Numbered from the stretch's first letter, positions 10,336 to 20,034 are shown. The stretch is DNA of 64,000 nt from a bacterium (GCA_965213625.1 CBDBZU010000004.1:3744001-3808000), one strand, 5' to 3'. Made by a program: numbers and translations. The notes: generated by a model not told the origin, from the sequence alone.

Positions 10336-10529
10336 GGGGGTTATTGAATTAGCCGGAGTGTGGAAATTTGTTTATGTGTAGGGGTCGCATATATGCGACC
10401 CTATTTATTCACCCACTACAAGAGCCGCATGTAGGTCGGACATATATGTCCGACCTACAAAAACCGCACCTTCCCTGGTAGGTTCCATTCGCCGAACCAC
10501 GCGGAGTCACGACTTTCTCAACAACCCCC
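10336..10529. mobile_element. MITE-like element containing GTAG REP palindromes
   Basis: Ends GGGGGTTATTGAA and CTCAACAACCCCC; internal palindromes at 10378-10402 and a perfect 28-bp one at 10431-10458. Confidence 0.65.
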
Positions 10530-10538
10530 TGTGCCTCC

Positions 10539-12218
10539 CTACTCCGTAACAGCCAAAGGCGCCATGGCCTCGATGTCGCTCACGCAGTCGATGACGACGG
10601 GCCTGTTCGCGCTGAACGCCTGGTCGAGCGCGCTTTTCAGCTCACCCGGTTTTTCCACCCGGATGCCCAGCGCGCCCATGGATTCGGCGATCTCGGCGAA
10701 ATTCACCGCGTTCAGCTTCCAGAGTTCATAGGCCTGTTCGGTCTGCTCGCCGCCGTAGGCGCGGTCGAAGCCGCGCTTCGATTGATTCCCAGAAGCGTTG
10801 TTGTTCACCAGCGTCACCGCGTTTATCTTCCAGCGCACGGCGGTCTCGATTTCAGACAGGTGATACCAGAAGCCCGAATCGCCGTTGAAGGCGAGCACCG
10901 GCCTGTCCGGCACGGCGCACTTGGCCCCCAGACCCGCCGAGAAGGCCCAGCCCAGGTGGCCCGCGCTTCTCATGTAGCTTTGCTCGGGGTGCGAGAGGTC
11001 GTACATGCCGCCCATCCACATGCCCGAATGGCCCGTATCGCCCAGCACGACGCAGTCCGAAGGCAGAGAATCCGTCAACTCCTGGCAGATGCGCTCGGGA
11101 CGCATGGGGGCTGCGTCCGATGCGAGATATTCGCTGAATTCATCGCGCCATCCCTGCACGAAGCCCTGTGCTCGCTCGACCCAGCCCGCGCGCGAGGCGG
11201 CGGAATCTCCACTCGTCGCATCGGTCATCTTCTTTAGACTCACCCTGGCGTCGCCCAGAACCGCGGCTTGTAAGGGATAGTTGCGCGCCAAGGCTTCGGG
11301 TTCGATGTCGAGCTGGATGGCGGGCGTGCCGATGGGCGGTACGGCCCAGAAGTGCGTCGTCATGCCGCCTGTCTCGGTGCCGACGAAAAAGACCAAGTCG
11401 GCTCCGTTCACCACCCGGTTCGCGCTCTTTCTCGAATAGGTGCCCACCACGCCGACGGAGAGCGGGTGGTTGCCCGGAATGTTGTCCTTGCCGTTCAGCG
11501 ACGTCGCCACCGGTATGTTCAGCTTCTCGGCCAGTGCGATGAGTTCCTTGGAAGCGCCCGATGAGCGAACCCCGCCGCCTGCGACGATAACGGGGCGCTC
11601 CGCCTTCTCCAGCAGTTCGACTGCTTTTTTCACGCGCGCCATCTCGGGTTCAGGCCGGTAGGGAGGGAGTTCCTTGAAATCTTCTTCGATGATCACCTCC
11701 ATCTCGGCCTCTCCGATGTCGAGCTGGCCCTCGTTGCCTGCGAATTGCAGGTGCACCGGCCCCGGGCAGCCCGAGGTGGCTACGCGGAAGGCTTGCCGGA
11801 GCATGTCCGGGAAGCGCGAGACGTCGTCCACCGTGGCGTTGAACTTCGTCACCGGCTCGAAGGCGGGAACGTCGTCCACTTCCTGGTAGACCTTGCGGAA
11901 CTTGGTCTCGGGCACGCGCCCGCCCGTGAAGGCCAGGACGGGAGCTTTCGCCAGATAGGCATCCCGCAAGCCCGCCGCCAGGTTCAGCGCGCCGATGACC
12001 TGCGCCATGCAGACGCCCGGCTTCTTGCCCGCGCGTGCGTAGCCGTCCGCCATGTAGGCGGCGGATTTCTCGCCGTGCGTCTGGATACGGGCGATGTTCG
12101 TGCGCTCTTCCATCTCGGCCATCGAGCGCCTGAGAACAGCGGGAACCAGAAAAGTGTGAGTCACGCCATAGCCCTTGAGCATCTCGGCCATGACCTGGGC
12201 GCCTGTCATTTTCGGCAT
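10539..12218 (-). CDS. Thiamine diphosphate-dependent enzyme (AHAS-like)
   Basis: EKSAAYMADGYAR, PGPVHL and GDSGF..NN ThDP motif. Confidence 0.9.
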   Translation of the reverse strand: MPKMTGAQVMAEMLKGYGVTHTFLVPAVLRRSMAEMEERTNIARIQTHGEKSAAYMADGYARAGKKPGVCMAQVIGALNLAAGLRDAYLAKAPVLAFTGGRVPETKFRKVYQEVDDVPAFEPVTKFNATVDDVSRFPDMLRQAFRVATSGCPGPVHLQFAGNEGQLDIGEAEMEVIIEEDFKELPPYRPEPEMARVKKAVELLEKAERPVIVAGGGVRSSGASKELIALAEKLNIPVATSLNGKDNIPGNHPLSVGVVGTYSRKSANRVVNGADLVFFVGTETGGMTTHFWAVPPIGTPAIQLDIEPEALARNYPLQAAVLGDARVSLKKMTDATSGDSAASRAGWVERAQGFVQGWRDEFSEYLASDAAPMRPERICQELTDSLPSDCVVLGDTGHSGMWMGGMYDLSHPEQSYMRSAGHLGWAFSAGLGAKCAVPDRPVLAFNGDSGFWYHLSEIETAVRWKINAVTLVNNNASGNQSKRGFDRAYGGEQTEQAYELWKLNAVNFAEIAESMGALGIRVEKPGELKSALDQAFSANRPVVIDCVSDIEAMAPLAVTE

Positions 12219-12318
12219 TTGCAATTTCTCCTTGTCTTTACACAATATTTTCTTGGGACGACGAAATACGAAACCACCAGTTTCGGATTTTTCAGGGAAT
12301 ACCGCATAGAATTATCAG

Positions 12319-13236
12319 CTAAGGAGCGAAAAATCCAGCGCCCAAGGCATCGCGCACGGCGTCTGGAATCTCGCGCATATCCTCCACAACAGTAGCGCCC
12401 GCTTCCCTTAACAGCGCCTTTTTCCGGGCCGGCGAACCCTCGCCGCGCTCGATGATGGCCGCCGCGTGGCCGAAGCTCACACCTTGGGGAGCGGACTCGT
12501 TCACCATCCCCGCGATGAAGGCGACCACAGGCTTGGTGAATCCCCCCTCGCCCATCAGGCGCGCCGCGTCCTCTTCGGCGCACGAGCCCGGCTCGCCGAA
12601 CAAGACGACGCACTCCGTATCCGGATCGGCTTGAAATATGGGCATCAGTTCCGAGAAGGGAGCGCCCACCATGGCGTCTCCCCCCACGCTCACGTAGGTG
12701 CTCTGGCCGATGCCCTCCCGGCTCAGGAGCCAGCATGTCTCGCTGCCCATCCCCCCGCTTCTGCTCAGAACGCCCACAGGTCCGCGCCGGAACAGGAGGT
12801 TCGTGACGGGCAAATCCCCGCCCGTGCCGCCCATCTTCGCGCGTCCCGGGCTAATGATCCCCTGGCTGTTGGGGCCCACGAGCCGCACCCCTGCGCGCCG
12901 TGCGTGGGCGATCATCCGCGCCACGTCGTGCTGGGGCACGCCCTCGGCGCATACAAGAATCATCGGGACACCCGCCTCCGCCGCCTCGATGGCCGATTCC
13001 GCCGCAGCGGCGGCCGGCACGAACAAGACGGCGGCGTCCGCCGGGTGTTCATCCAGAGACGATGCGAACGAATCGTAGACAGGCACGCCGTCACAATCCT
13101 CGCCCGCGCGTCCGGGCACCACGCCCGCCACCACGTGCGTGCCGTACCTGCGCATGAAGCCTGTGTGGGCGCGCGCCTGCCAGCCGGTGATGCCGGCCAC
13201 GACGACGCGCGTGTCCTCATCGAGGAGGATGCTCAT
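12319..13236 (-). CDS. Succinyl-CoA synthetase alpha-like CoA ligase subunit (divergent)
   Basis: GITG, RLVGPNSQG, SRSGG, GIGQST, and phospho-His motif SFGHAAA. Confidence 0.85.
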   Translation of the reverse strand: MSILLDEDTRVVVAGITGWQARAHTGFMRRYGTHVVAGVVPGRAGEDCDGVPVYDSFASSLDEHPADAAVLFVPAAAAAESAIEAAEAGVPMILVCAEGVPQHDVARMIAHARRAGVRLVGPNSQGIISPGRAKMGGTGGDLPVTNLLFRRGPVGVLSRSGGMGSETCWLLSREGIGQSTYVSVGGDAMVGAPFSELMPIFQADPDTECVVLFGEPGSCAEEDAARLMGEGGFTKPVVAFIAGMVNESAPQGVSFGHAAAIIERGEGSPARKKALLREAGATVVEDMREIPDAVRDALGAGFFAP

Positions 13237-14480
13237 CGCACGCCTCCCGCGCTCATCCACGGCTCCCCGCGCTTGACGGCTTCCACCTGGGCGATAATGT
13301 GCTCGGCGGCCTCTTCGAGCGTCACATCGTCTCCCAGATACTGAAGGCCCGGACAGCTTGCGGCGATCTCCCTGGCTTCCTCCCCGCCCGCGCCCGCGAA
13401 ACGCACGATGAAGGGGAATTTTGAGAGGTCGACCTCCGACTCCTCCACCGCGCGGGCGATGGCGCGGACTTTTAGCTGAACGCGCGAGAAACTCGTGATG
13501 TTGCTGCCCGCGAGCACGCCCTTCACGTTCGGCATCGCGAGGATCTCTTTGGTGATCTCGAAATACTTCTCCTCAAGCGGCCCCGGCGTGATGTCGAACG
13601 CCGTGGCGGGCGCGCCGCCCAGGCGCGCCATCGTGTCCAGCAGATACAGGCCGCCCCCGCCCCCGCTCCACATGAGGGCGATCTCCCCGTCCTCGATTTC
13701 GGTAAAACGCGCCGTATTAAACGGAGGGATATTTGCGTCGATCTCCGCGACCCTCGCCTCCACGGGAGTGGGGGGACGCCAGCCGCCGTCCGAGTCTTCA
13801 TCCAGCAGTTCTTTGAGGTCTGCGTGGCGGAACAAGGCGTCCGCGTCCAGATCGAGCACGCACGCGGCGGCGATTACTTCGTCCGTATCCGTCAGGACGA
13901 GCGGATTCACCTCCAGCACCCGAGCCTCGGTGCAGCGAAAAAGCGCGTAGCAGGCCTCGAGCGCCATTGCCGCGCGGTAGAGGCCCTCCCCGTGCACGCC
14001 CTGGGCACGCAGAAAGGAGATGCACCGCTCCTCGCTCAGGCCTTCCAAAATATCGACTTCGAGCCGCTTCAAGGCATCCGGGTTATCTTCCAGGAGCGCC
14101 TCTATCTCCACGCCGCCCTCGGTACTGAACATGACGAGCGGCCCGCGCGATGCGCTGTCGAAGGCGATGGAGAGATACCACTCCTGCGCTATCGCGACCC
14201 TCTCCTCCACCAGCAGGCGTTTGACGGGGAAATGGTGCACCACACGGCCCAGAAGTTCCTGCGCCGCTCCCTTAGCCTCATCGGGCGTATCCGCAGCGAG
14301 AATTGCCCCCGCCTTCCCGCGTTTTCCTACGGGTACCAGCGCCTTCACCATCACGGGGCCGCCGATTACGCGCGCCGCTTCTTCCGCTTCGGCGGGTGTA
14401 GTCGCCGAGCGGCCATGCGGTACGCGCACGCCTGCATCGCTCAAAAGCGCTTTGGCCCTGTCCTCGAACACGCGGGGCAT
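13233..14480 (-). CDS. Succinyl-CoA synthetase beta-like ATP-grasp subunit (divergent)
   Basis: VKA..GKRGKAG, STEGGVEIE and LEVNPL motifs; ligase domain has WSGGGGGL in place of the canonical NGAGL. Confidence 0.85.
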   Translation of the reverse strand: MPRVFEDRAKALLSDAGVRVPHGRSATTPAEAEEAARVIGGPVMVKALVPVGKRGKAGAILAADTPDEAKGAAQELLGRVVHHFPVKRLLVEERVAIAQEWYLSIAFDSASRGPLVMFSTEGGVEIEALLEDNPDALKRLEVDILEGLSEERCISFLRAQGVHGEGLYRAAMALEACYALFRCTEARVLEVNPLVLTDTDEVIAAACVLDLDADALFRHADLKELLDEDSDGGWRPPTPVEARVAEIDANIPPFNTARFTEIEDGEIALMWSGGGGGLYLLDTMARLGGAPATAFDITPGPLEEKYFEITKEILAMPNVKGVLAGSNITSFSRVQLKVRAIARAVEESEVDLSKFPFIVRFAGAGGEEAREIAASCPGLQYLGDDVTLEEAAEHIIAQVEAVKRGEPWMSAGGVR

Positions 14481-14511
14481 GATTATCTCACCGGATTCAG
14501 AAAGAGTGGGT

Positions 14512-15306
14512 TTACAGGATGGCCACGGGACGGACGGGCGAGCCCGTGCCGCCGCGAATCTTGAGCGGCAAGCAGACGAAGAGAAACTCATGGGCGCGCG
14601 CCTGGCTCAATTCCTCCAGCACGGACACCTCGAGCAGATGGATTCCCCTGTCCACCAGCATGTGGCAGTGCACCGGCATCGTGGGGGCGGGCAGCACCTC
14701 GACTGCGAAGGTATCGCTCCCGACCATGAAGATTCCCTGGTCGGAGAGCCACCTGGCGGCGTCAATGTCTATGCCGGGCACGCCGCCTTTCTGGAAATAA
14801 TAATTCCGGCCCGGCCAGTTTTGCATGTGGCCCGTGCGCACCAGAACGACGTCGCCCTCTTCCACCTTAACCCCCTGTGCAGTGGCTGCGGCGTCTAGTT
14901 CTTCTTTCGTGATGGGCCGGGCCGCCTCTAAAACGTCTTTTTTCAAGTAAGCCGCCACGTCGATAAACACGCCGCGCCTAACCACGGGCGCTACGGTCTC
15001 GATGCCGTGGGCTTTCAGCCCTTCGGTCTTGCTCTGGTGTTCGGCGACGTCCAGGCCGCCGTGGAGCTTCATGTCCTTTGCGACGTGGCCCAGGGCGTCG
15101 ATGTGCGTGCCGGTGTGGCCAGTGCAGAAAATCGCCTCAACCGCGGAGCACGCCCCGCCTGAATACATGTGGTCGCCGTGTTCCCTGATCATCGAATACC
15201 CGAACGGGCCGTGGAGCGGCACGTGGGGCATTCCGGGAAAAAGCTCTATCCCTAAATCGAATACTCTGCTGCCGCGCGCGATGGCTCGTACGTCTTCTAT
15301 GTTCAT
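14512..15306 (-). CDS. Cyclase family metallohydrolase (kynurenine formamidase-like)
   Basis: HTGTHIDALGH, LVRTG and GGTGSPVRPVA motifs. Confidence 0.9.
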   Translation of the reverse strand: MNIEDVRAIARGSRVFDLGIELFPGMPHVPLHGPFGYSMIREHGDHMYSGGACSAVEAIFCTGHTGTHIDALGHVAKDMKLHGGLDVAEHQSKTEGLKAHGIETVAPVVRRGVFIDVAAYLKKDVLEAARPITKEELDAAATAQGVKVEEGDVVLVRTGHMQNWPGRNYYFQKGGVPGIDIDAARWLSDQGIFMVGSDTFAVEVLPAPTMPVHCHMLVDRGIHLLEVSVLEELSQARAHEFLFVCLPLKIRGGTGSPVRPVAIL

Positions 15307-15454
15307 CGTGACCTCATCAGAAAATTATGGAACTGCGGGCCGGTGAGCCGGATTCGCGTTTCGGCTACTATAGCTTTGCGTCTCGCCATCCGGCAAGGTA
15401 AACAAGGGTGAATACGAAAACGAGGTTTCTCGAAACCCTCTGGAGCTGGGACGC

Positions 15455-15877
15455 ATGAATTACTGGGCGTACGTCCATCCGACTTTTCAGATCGCGACGC
15501 TCTCGCTGGGCCTGATCACGCTGTCGAACGGCTTGCGGGTGAGGCGCTCGCGCAAGGGGGGAGCCGGCCCCGAGACGGCGCGGGTCGCCCGCCTGCACAT
15601 GCGGCTCGGGCGTTGGTTTGTTGCTCTTTTTTCCGTGGGTTACGCACTGGGGTTGGGGGGTATGCGCTTCGCCCTGGAAGGACCTCTCTACGAGACGGCG
15701 CACAGCTATTTCGCCACCCTGTCCCTGGTACTGTTCTGGTCGACGGCCTATCTGGGCCGGAGGCTGAGGAGAAACCTGGGCAACGAGGATTTAAGGCAGA
15801 TTCACTCCTATTGCGGGTTCCTGGCCGTCTTCATCGCCCTGTTCGTCGCCGTTCTGGGGATGCGGCTGCTCCCCTAG
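15455..15877 (+). CDS. Four-TM membrane protein (DUF4079/cytochrome b561-like)
   Basis: Four hydrophobic helices with spaced His residues (VHP, RLHM, TAHS, QIHS). Confidence 0.6.
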   Translation: MNYWAYVHPTFQIATLSLGLITLSNGLRVRRSRKGGAGPETARVARLHMRLGRWFVALFSVGYALGLGGMRFALEGPLYETAHSYFATLSLVLFWSTAYLGRRLRRNLGNEDLRQIHSYCGFLAVFIALFVAVLGMRLLP

Positions 15878-15938
15878 CATCCCTGATGAAGCGAATCGCA
15901 TCTCTCCGCGAATCACATGGTGAAAGCGGCATTCCCGC

Positions 15939-16790
15939 TCAGGGGCCAAACCTGTATATGAACACCAGGCGCGCGGAGGCCAGTTCTGCGTCGATATGGT
16001 AGGGGCACGCCCGCCGGGGCATACCCGGCCCGCAGGGGTTATCGCCCGAGCGATTGACGTAATGGGTGCTCCGCCCGAAATCCATGTAAGACCCTTCTAT
16101 GCGCATCGTCCAGGAATCGGCCAGCGGGAACTCGAATCCTAAGCCGATCGTCCAGCCGAACTCGGTCGTTACGTCGCGAAAGGAATCGTCGGGATCAAAG
16201 CGCGGCGGCGCGTCCGAGCTGAAATCGATGTCGGTCACCGAATGCTCGAACCGGGCGGCTGCGATTCCGCCGGAAACGAACGCCTTCACGGGGCCGATGG
16301 GCTGCTCGAACCCGGCGCGCGCCGTCGCCATCCACCGGATATCCGAATCCACAGTCTCATCCATCCCTTGCGGATCCAGCCTGTTCGACGCCGCCTTGAC
16401 GTCCCCGAACGTAGCGTCCACTTCAACCCGGAGCGGCAGGCCGCCGAGGTGGAATTTCGCGCCAATCAACCCGCCGGCAAGGAAACCGGAATCTCGATAA
16501 TCGAGCGCCGACCCGGCATTGCCCCAGTTCGCGAACCCGTCGACGTCGACGATCCGGTTTTCCGTACGCGCGAAGCCGGCGTACGCGCCCGCGTACGTCG
16601 AGGCCCACCCGAACCCGGCGTCGCCCTCCCCGGCGCTTGCGGGAGCCGCGAACGCCAGCGTCAAAATGATGGAAAGCGCTATCACTACACGGCGCCATGC
16701 GCCGCACCGCCACAAATTTTCTGTCACCGTTGCCGTCCTTTCACTCATGAGTTTCACCAACGCGCGCATCATAGCAATTTTCACCCGCAA
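15939..16790 (-). CDS. Outer-membrane beta-barrel protein (Omp25/Omp31-like); start uncertain
   Basis: Signal-like segment, W...YAG, GWTIGLGFEF and terminal IYRF. Confidence 0.75.
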   Translation of the reverse strand: MRVKIAMMRALVKLMSERTATVTENLWRCGAWRRVVIALSIILTLAFAAPASAGEGDAGFGWASTYAGAYAGFARTENRIVDVDGFANWGNAGSALDYRDSGFLAGGLIGAKFHLGGLPLRVEVDATFGDVKAASNRLDPQGMDETVDSDIRWMATARAGFEQPIGPVKAFVSGGIAAARFEHSVTDIDFSSDAPPRFDPDDSFRDVTTEFGWTIGLGFEFPLADSWTMRIEGSYMDFGRSTHYVNRSGDNPCGPGMPRRACPYHIDAELASARLVFIYRFGP

Positions 16791-16928
16791 TCAATAACCT
16801 CGCCACTCCACTTAATTACTCCATTTTGATACAATTTGCTCGGCGCCGCCGCACCGCGAGGCAAAATGCATGACGACATTCCCTTTCATATTGCCGCATA
16901 GAATTCACTTCCCAGAAGAGGAAGAACC

Positions 16929-17891
16929 ATGCTGAGAAAATCGAGGTTCGTCCTCCTCGTTGCGCTTTTTGTCGCCTCGTATTGGGCGGCCCTTCCGGTT
17001 TATGCGGCGAATCAATCCAAGAATCCATGCGCTGGCAATCCCTGCACGGCGAAAAATCCCTGCGGGGCCAACCCCTGCACAGCTAATAATCCGTGTGCGG
17101 CGAAAAACCCATGCGCGGCCCAGAAACCGGGTGCGGCCAATAACCCCTGCGCGGCGAAGAACGCTTGCGCAAGATCGACAAAAAGCCCCGGGAGCGGCAA
17201 CCAGCTTACCCCCCCTTCGGGCGTTGGGACCCAGGCAAAAAGCAGTATACCGGCCATCACGGATCCACCTCATTTCTACACCCTGAAACGTGACGCAAGC
17301 GTGAAGGACGCCGTCGCCCGGGGCAGGAAACTTTTCCGCAGCATCGGCTGCGTGAGCTGCCACCCCAGAGGCCGCACCATCCGAGGCACCGCGGTGGACG
17401 TAACGGGCGTGAGACACCCGGTGCCCATCCCGACCCTCATCGGAGCGGCGGAGCACTTCCCGCGCCTGAACCCGGTGGAACAGGTAGCGAACGTCGGGCA
17501 GTTCAACGACTGGTGCGCCACGACGTTCATCGGCAACCCGCCCATGGACTCCAAATCTCAGGATTACAAGGACCTGGAAGCTTATGTGGTTTCGCTCTCC
17601 CCCGCGCGCTACAAGCGCATGCTCGAGTGGGAGGCGAAACGTAAGGCGTTCATGAAGACGGTTCAACCCACAGCCGGAGGCGGAAACCCCGGCGGAAGCG
17701 GTGCGGGCGAGCCGAAAATTCCTGTCGGGAATGCTCCCGTAGCCAAGAACCCGTGCGCGCCCCAAAACCCGCCCGCTGCCAAGAACCCCTGCGCGGGGCA
17801 GAATCCGCCTGCTTCCAACAACCCGTGCGCCGCTAAAAACCCATGCGCGAACAACCCATGCGCCGCCAGGAATCCTTGCGCGAAAAAATAA
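16929..17891 (+). CDS. Secreted monoheme cytochrome c flanked by Asn-Pro-Cys repeats
   Basis: Signal peptide; CVSCH; 7 NPC (plus 1 NAC) units N-terminal and 6 NPC units C-terminal. Confidence 0.85.
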   Translation: MLRKSRFVLLVALFVASYWAALPVYAANQSKNPCAGNPCTAKNPCGANPCTANNPCAAKNPCAAQKPGAANNPCAAKNACARSTKSPGSGNQLTPPSGVGTQAKSSIPAITDPPHFYTLKRDASVKDAVARGRKLFRSIGCVSCHPRGRTIRGTAVDVTGVRHPVPIPTLIGAAEHFPRLNPVEQVANVGQFNDWCATTFIGNPPMDSKSQDYKDLEAYVVSLSPARYKRMLEWEAKRKAFMKTVQPTAGGGNPGGSGAGEPKIPVGNAPVAKNPCAPQNPPAAKNPCAGQNPPASNNPCAAKNPCANNPCAARNPCAKK

Positions 17892-18023
17892 TAGTGACCT
17901 AACCGGTATACTCAGGTGAGTATCCAGCGCGCTCGTGTTCAAGAAATTCCTCCTCCACCGAACGGGGAGGCGACCTGTACGCCTGCCGCCACATCAGCCG
18001 GAAAGACGACAGAGGTCAGGAGA

Positions 18024-18824
18024 ATGAAATTGTTAAAGAAAGGAGGGTTGTGGATTGTCCTCTCTCTCGCGCTGAGTCTTACCGCGCCCGCCGCCTCCCT
18101 TGCGGCCAAGAGAATCCCCCCAAATCCCGAGACGGCGAAACAAAACGGCGGGGACTACTGGCGAGGCAAGAAGATATACGGGGAAATCTGTTTCTCCTGC
18201 CACGGTGTGAAGGGCGACGGCAAGGGACCGATCTGGCGGACGGTGAGGCCGAGGCCCCAAGTGTTCCTCAGCCCCTATATGAAGCGCATGACGGACGACT
18301 ACATGTTCTCCGTCGTGAAGTTCGGCAAGATGAACGTGCTGAAAAACCAGACCAGGGGCTACAAGATTAAAAACGGCGTCCCCACCGCCATGCCCTCCTT
18401 CGGTGAAGCGCTCGAAGACGACCAGATAAGAAAACTCGTCAAGTGGGTGCGCAGCTTCGGAAAAAGCGAACACCCGAAAGATGCGCAGAGTAGAAAAATC
18501 TTCGCCGACGCCTGCTCCCAGTGCCACGGAAAAAAGGGCCTTGGGGACGGAACCCGCCCCGTGGAGGATCAGGACCCCGAAAAGGCGTTCATCAGCCACA
18601 TTCAGCCGCCGCCGATGAACTATCACCTGAAGGAGCAGATGACGCGCTTCGACGACGGGTTCTTGTTCTGGAACATCAAACTCGGCCGCATCGATGTCAC
18701 TGAACTGAAGAAATACGACTTCATGAAGTCCTACGGCCACCTGCTGAATGACAAGGATATCTGGTCGGTCATCCGCTACATTCGAGAGACGTTCATCAAC
18801 GGAAAGCCGCGAAAGAAAAAATAA
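18024..18824 (+). CDS. Secreted diheme cytochrome c
   Basis: Signal peptide; CFSCHG.KGDG and CSQCHG.KGLG, each followed by a distal Met (AMPSF, FMKSY); ATG after AGGAG. Confidence 0.88.
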   Translation: MKLLKKGGLWIVLSLALSLTAPAASLAAKRIPPNPETAKQNGGDYWRGKKIYGEICFSCHGVKGDGKGPIWRTVRPRPQVFLSPYMKRMTDDYMFSVVKFGKMNVLKNQTRGYKIKNGVPTAMPSFGEALEDDQIRKLVKWVRSFGKSEHPKDAQSRKIFADACSQCHGKKGLGDGTRPVEDQDPEKAFISHIQPPPMNYHLKEQMTRFDDGFLFWNIKLGRIDVTELKKYDFMKSYGHLLNDKDIWSVIRYIRETFINGKPRKKK

Positions 18825-18872
18825 GGGACGCCCGATAACCTCCCTGCTCCGGCCGCCGCCGGGTGATGAAAG

Positions 18873-19301
18873 ATGCGCTTGTGGAGTCTGCATCCCGAAT
18901 ATCTGGACGCAAAGGGCCTCGTCGCCCTGTGGAGGGAAGCCCTGCTCGCCCAGGCGGTTCTTTCAGGTAAGACGAGGGGCTACCGCCGCCATCCCCAACT
19001 CGAGCGTTTCCGCGCAGGCGGCAGGCCTGCCACCCTTATCGCCGAATATTTGAGAGCCGTATACGCGGAATCCATAAAGCGGGGTTATCATTTCGACTCG
19101 GAGAAAATAGGTCGCAGCCGCACTTCTGCACAGCTAGACGTTACAAGCGGCCAGCTAGAATTCGAATGGCATCACCTGATGAAAAAGCTCGAATCTCGCG
19201 CGCCCGAGCTACACCAAAAATTCGCATCGACGGCGTCGCCCGAACCCCATCCCCTCTTCCGCGTCATGTCGGGCGGTGTCGCCGACTGGGAGCGGCCGTA
19301 A
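18873..19301 (+). CDS. Pyrimidine dimer DNA glycosylase/endonuclease V family protein
   Basis: MRLWSLHP.YLD.KGLVALWRE.LLAQ and GYRRHPQL family signature. Confidence 0.85.
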   Translation: MRLWSLHPEYLDAKGLVALWREALLAQAVLSGKTRGYRRHPQLERFRAGGRPATLIAEYLRAVYAESIKRGYHFDSEKIGRSRTSAQLDVTSGQLEFEWHHLMKKLESRAPELHQKFASTASPEPHPLFRVMSGGVADWERP

Positions 19302-19392
19302 GGTCCCGTTTCAGGGCGAGACGCGGGGCGTTGTTTGTGAGAAAATACGCGCGTTGTCCGACGCAAACCTGAATTTAGCAGGGAGTATCATT

Positions 19393-19704
19393 ATGCGTTT
19401 GAACATCGAGGCATCGCGAGATGATATCGCCGCATTTTGCGAACGCTGGCAGGTAACGCAACTCGCCGTCTTCGGCTCGGCGTTGCGCGAAGACTTCGGG
19501 CCCGAGAGCGACGTCGACCTCCTCGTCAGCTTCGATGAGAATGCACGCCATACGCTCTTCGACATGGTTCGTATGGAGGAGGAACTCAATAAGATATTCG
19601 GGCGCGAAGTCGACCTTGTCAGCCGACGCGGCATAGAGAGAAGCCCCAATTATATTCGCCGGAAGGCGATTCTCGAATCTGCGGAACTCGTTTATGGATC
19701 GTGA
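19393..19704 (+). CDS. MNT nucleotidyltransferase antitoxin (MntA-like)
   Basis: FGSALREDFGPESDVDLLV (GSx10DxD); overlaps the downstream HEPN gene. Confidence 0.9.
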   Translation: MRLNIEASRDDIAAFCERWQVTQLAVFGSALREDFGPESDVDLLVSFDENARHTLFDMVRMEEELNKIFGREVDLVSRRGIERSPNYIRRKAILESAELVYGS

Positions 19705-20032
19705 CGTTCAGTATTTGCTGGATATCCTCGCTTCAGCACGGATGGCACGAACCTATGTCGAAGGCGTCATGCAACACGAATTCCTCCGCGACACAAGATT
19801 ACAAGATTCCGTCGTTCGCCGCATAGAAATCATCGGTGAGGCGGCGGGGCGCATCTCATCTGCATTTCGAGATGAAAATTCTGAAATTCCGTGGAACGAG
19901 ATTCGGGGTATGCGTAATCGAATGATCCATGCCTACGACGATATTGATATGGATATCGTTTGGGAAACAGTGCAACAGGACATCCCCCAACTTATTTCCC
20001 AACTCGAACAGCTCGCACTACCGGAGTCTTAG
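19694..20032 (+). CDS. HEPN RNase toxin (HepT/DUF86)
   Basis: IIGEAA, IPW and RNRMIHAY (Rx4HxY) motifs. Confidence 0.9.
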   Translation: MDRDVQYLLDILASARMARTYVEGVMQHEFLRDTRLQDSVVRRIEIIGEAAGRISSAFRDENSEIPWNEIRGMRNRMIHAYDDIDMDIVWETVQQDIPQLISQLEQLALPES

Positions 20033-20034
20033 CC

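Noticed and set aside
16929-17891. RiPP precursor for a DUF692/MNIO or radical SAM enzyme
   Set aside because: No modifying enzyme is nearby; action in trans cannot be excluded but is unsupported
16905-17942. 345-aa minus-strand repetitive ORF
   Set aside because: Antisense shadow of the NPC-repeat gene
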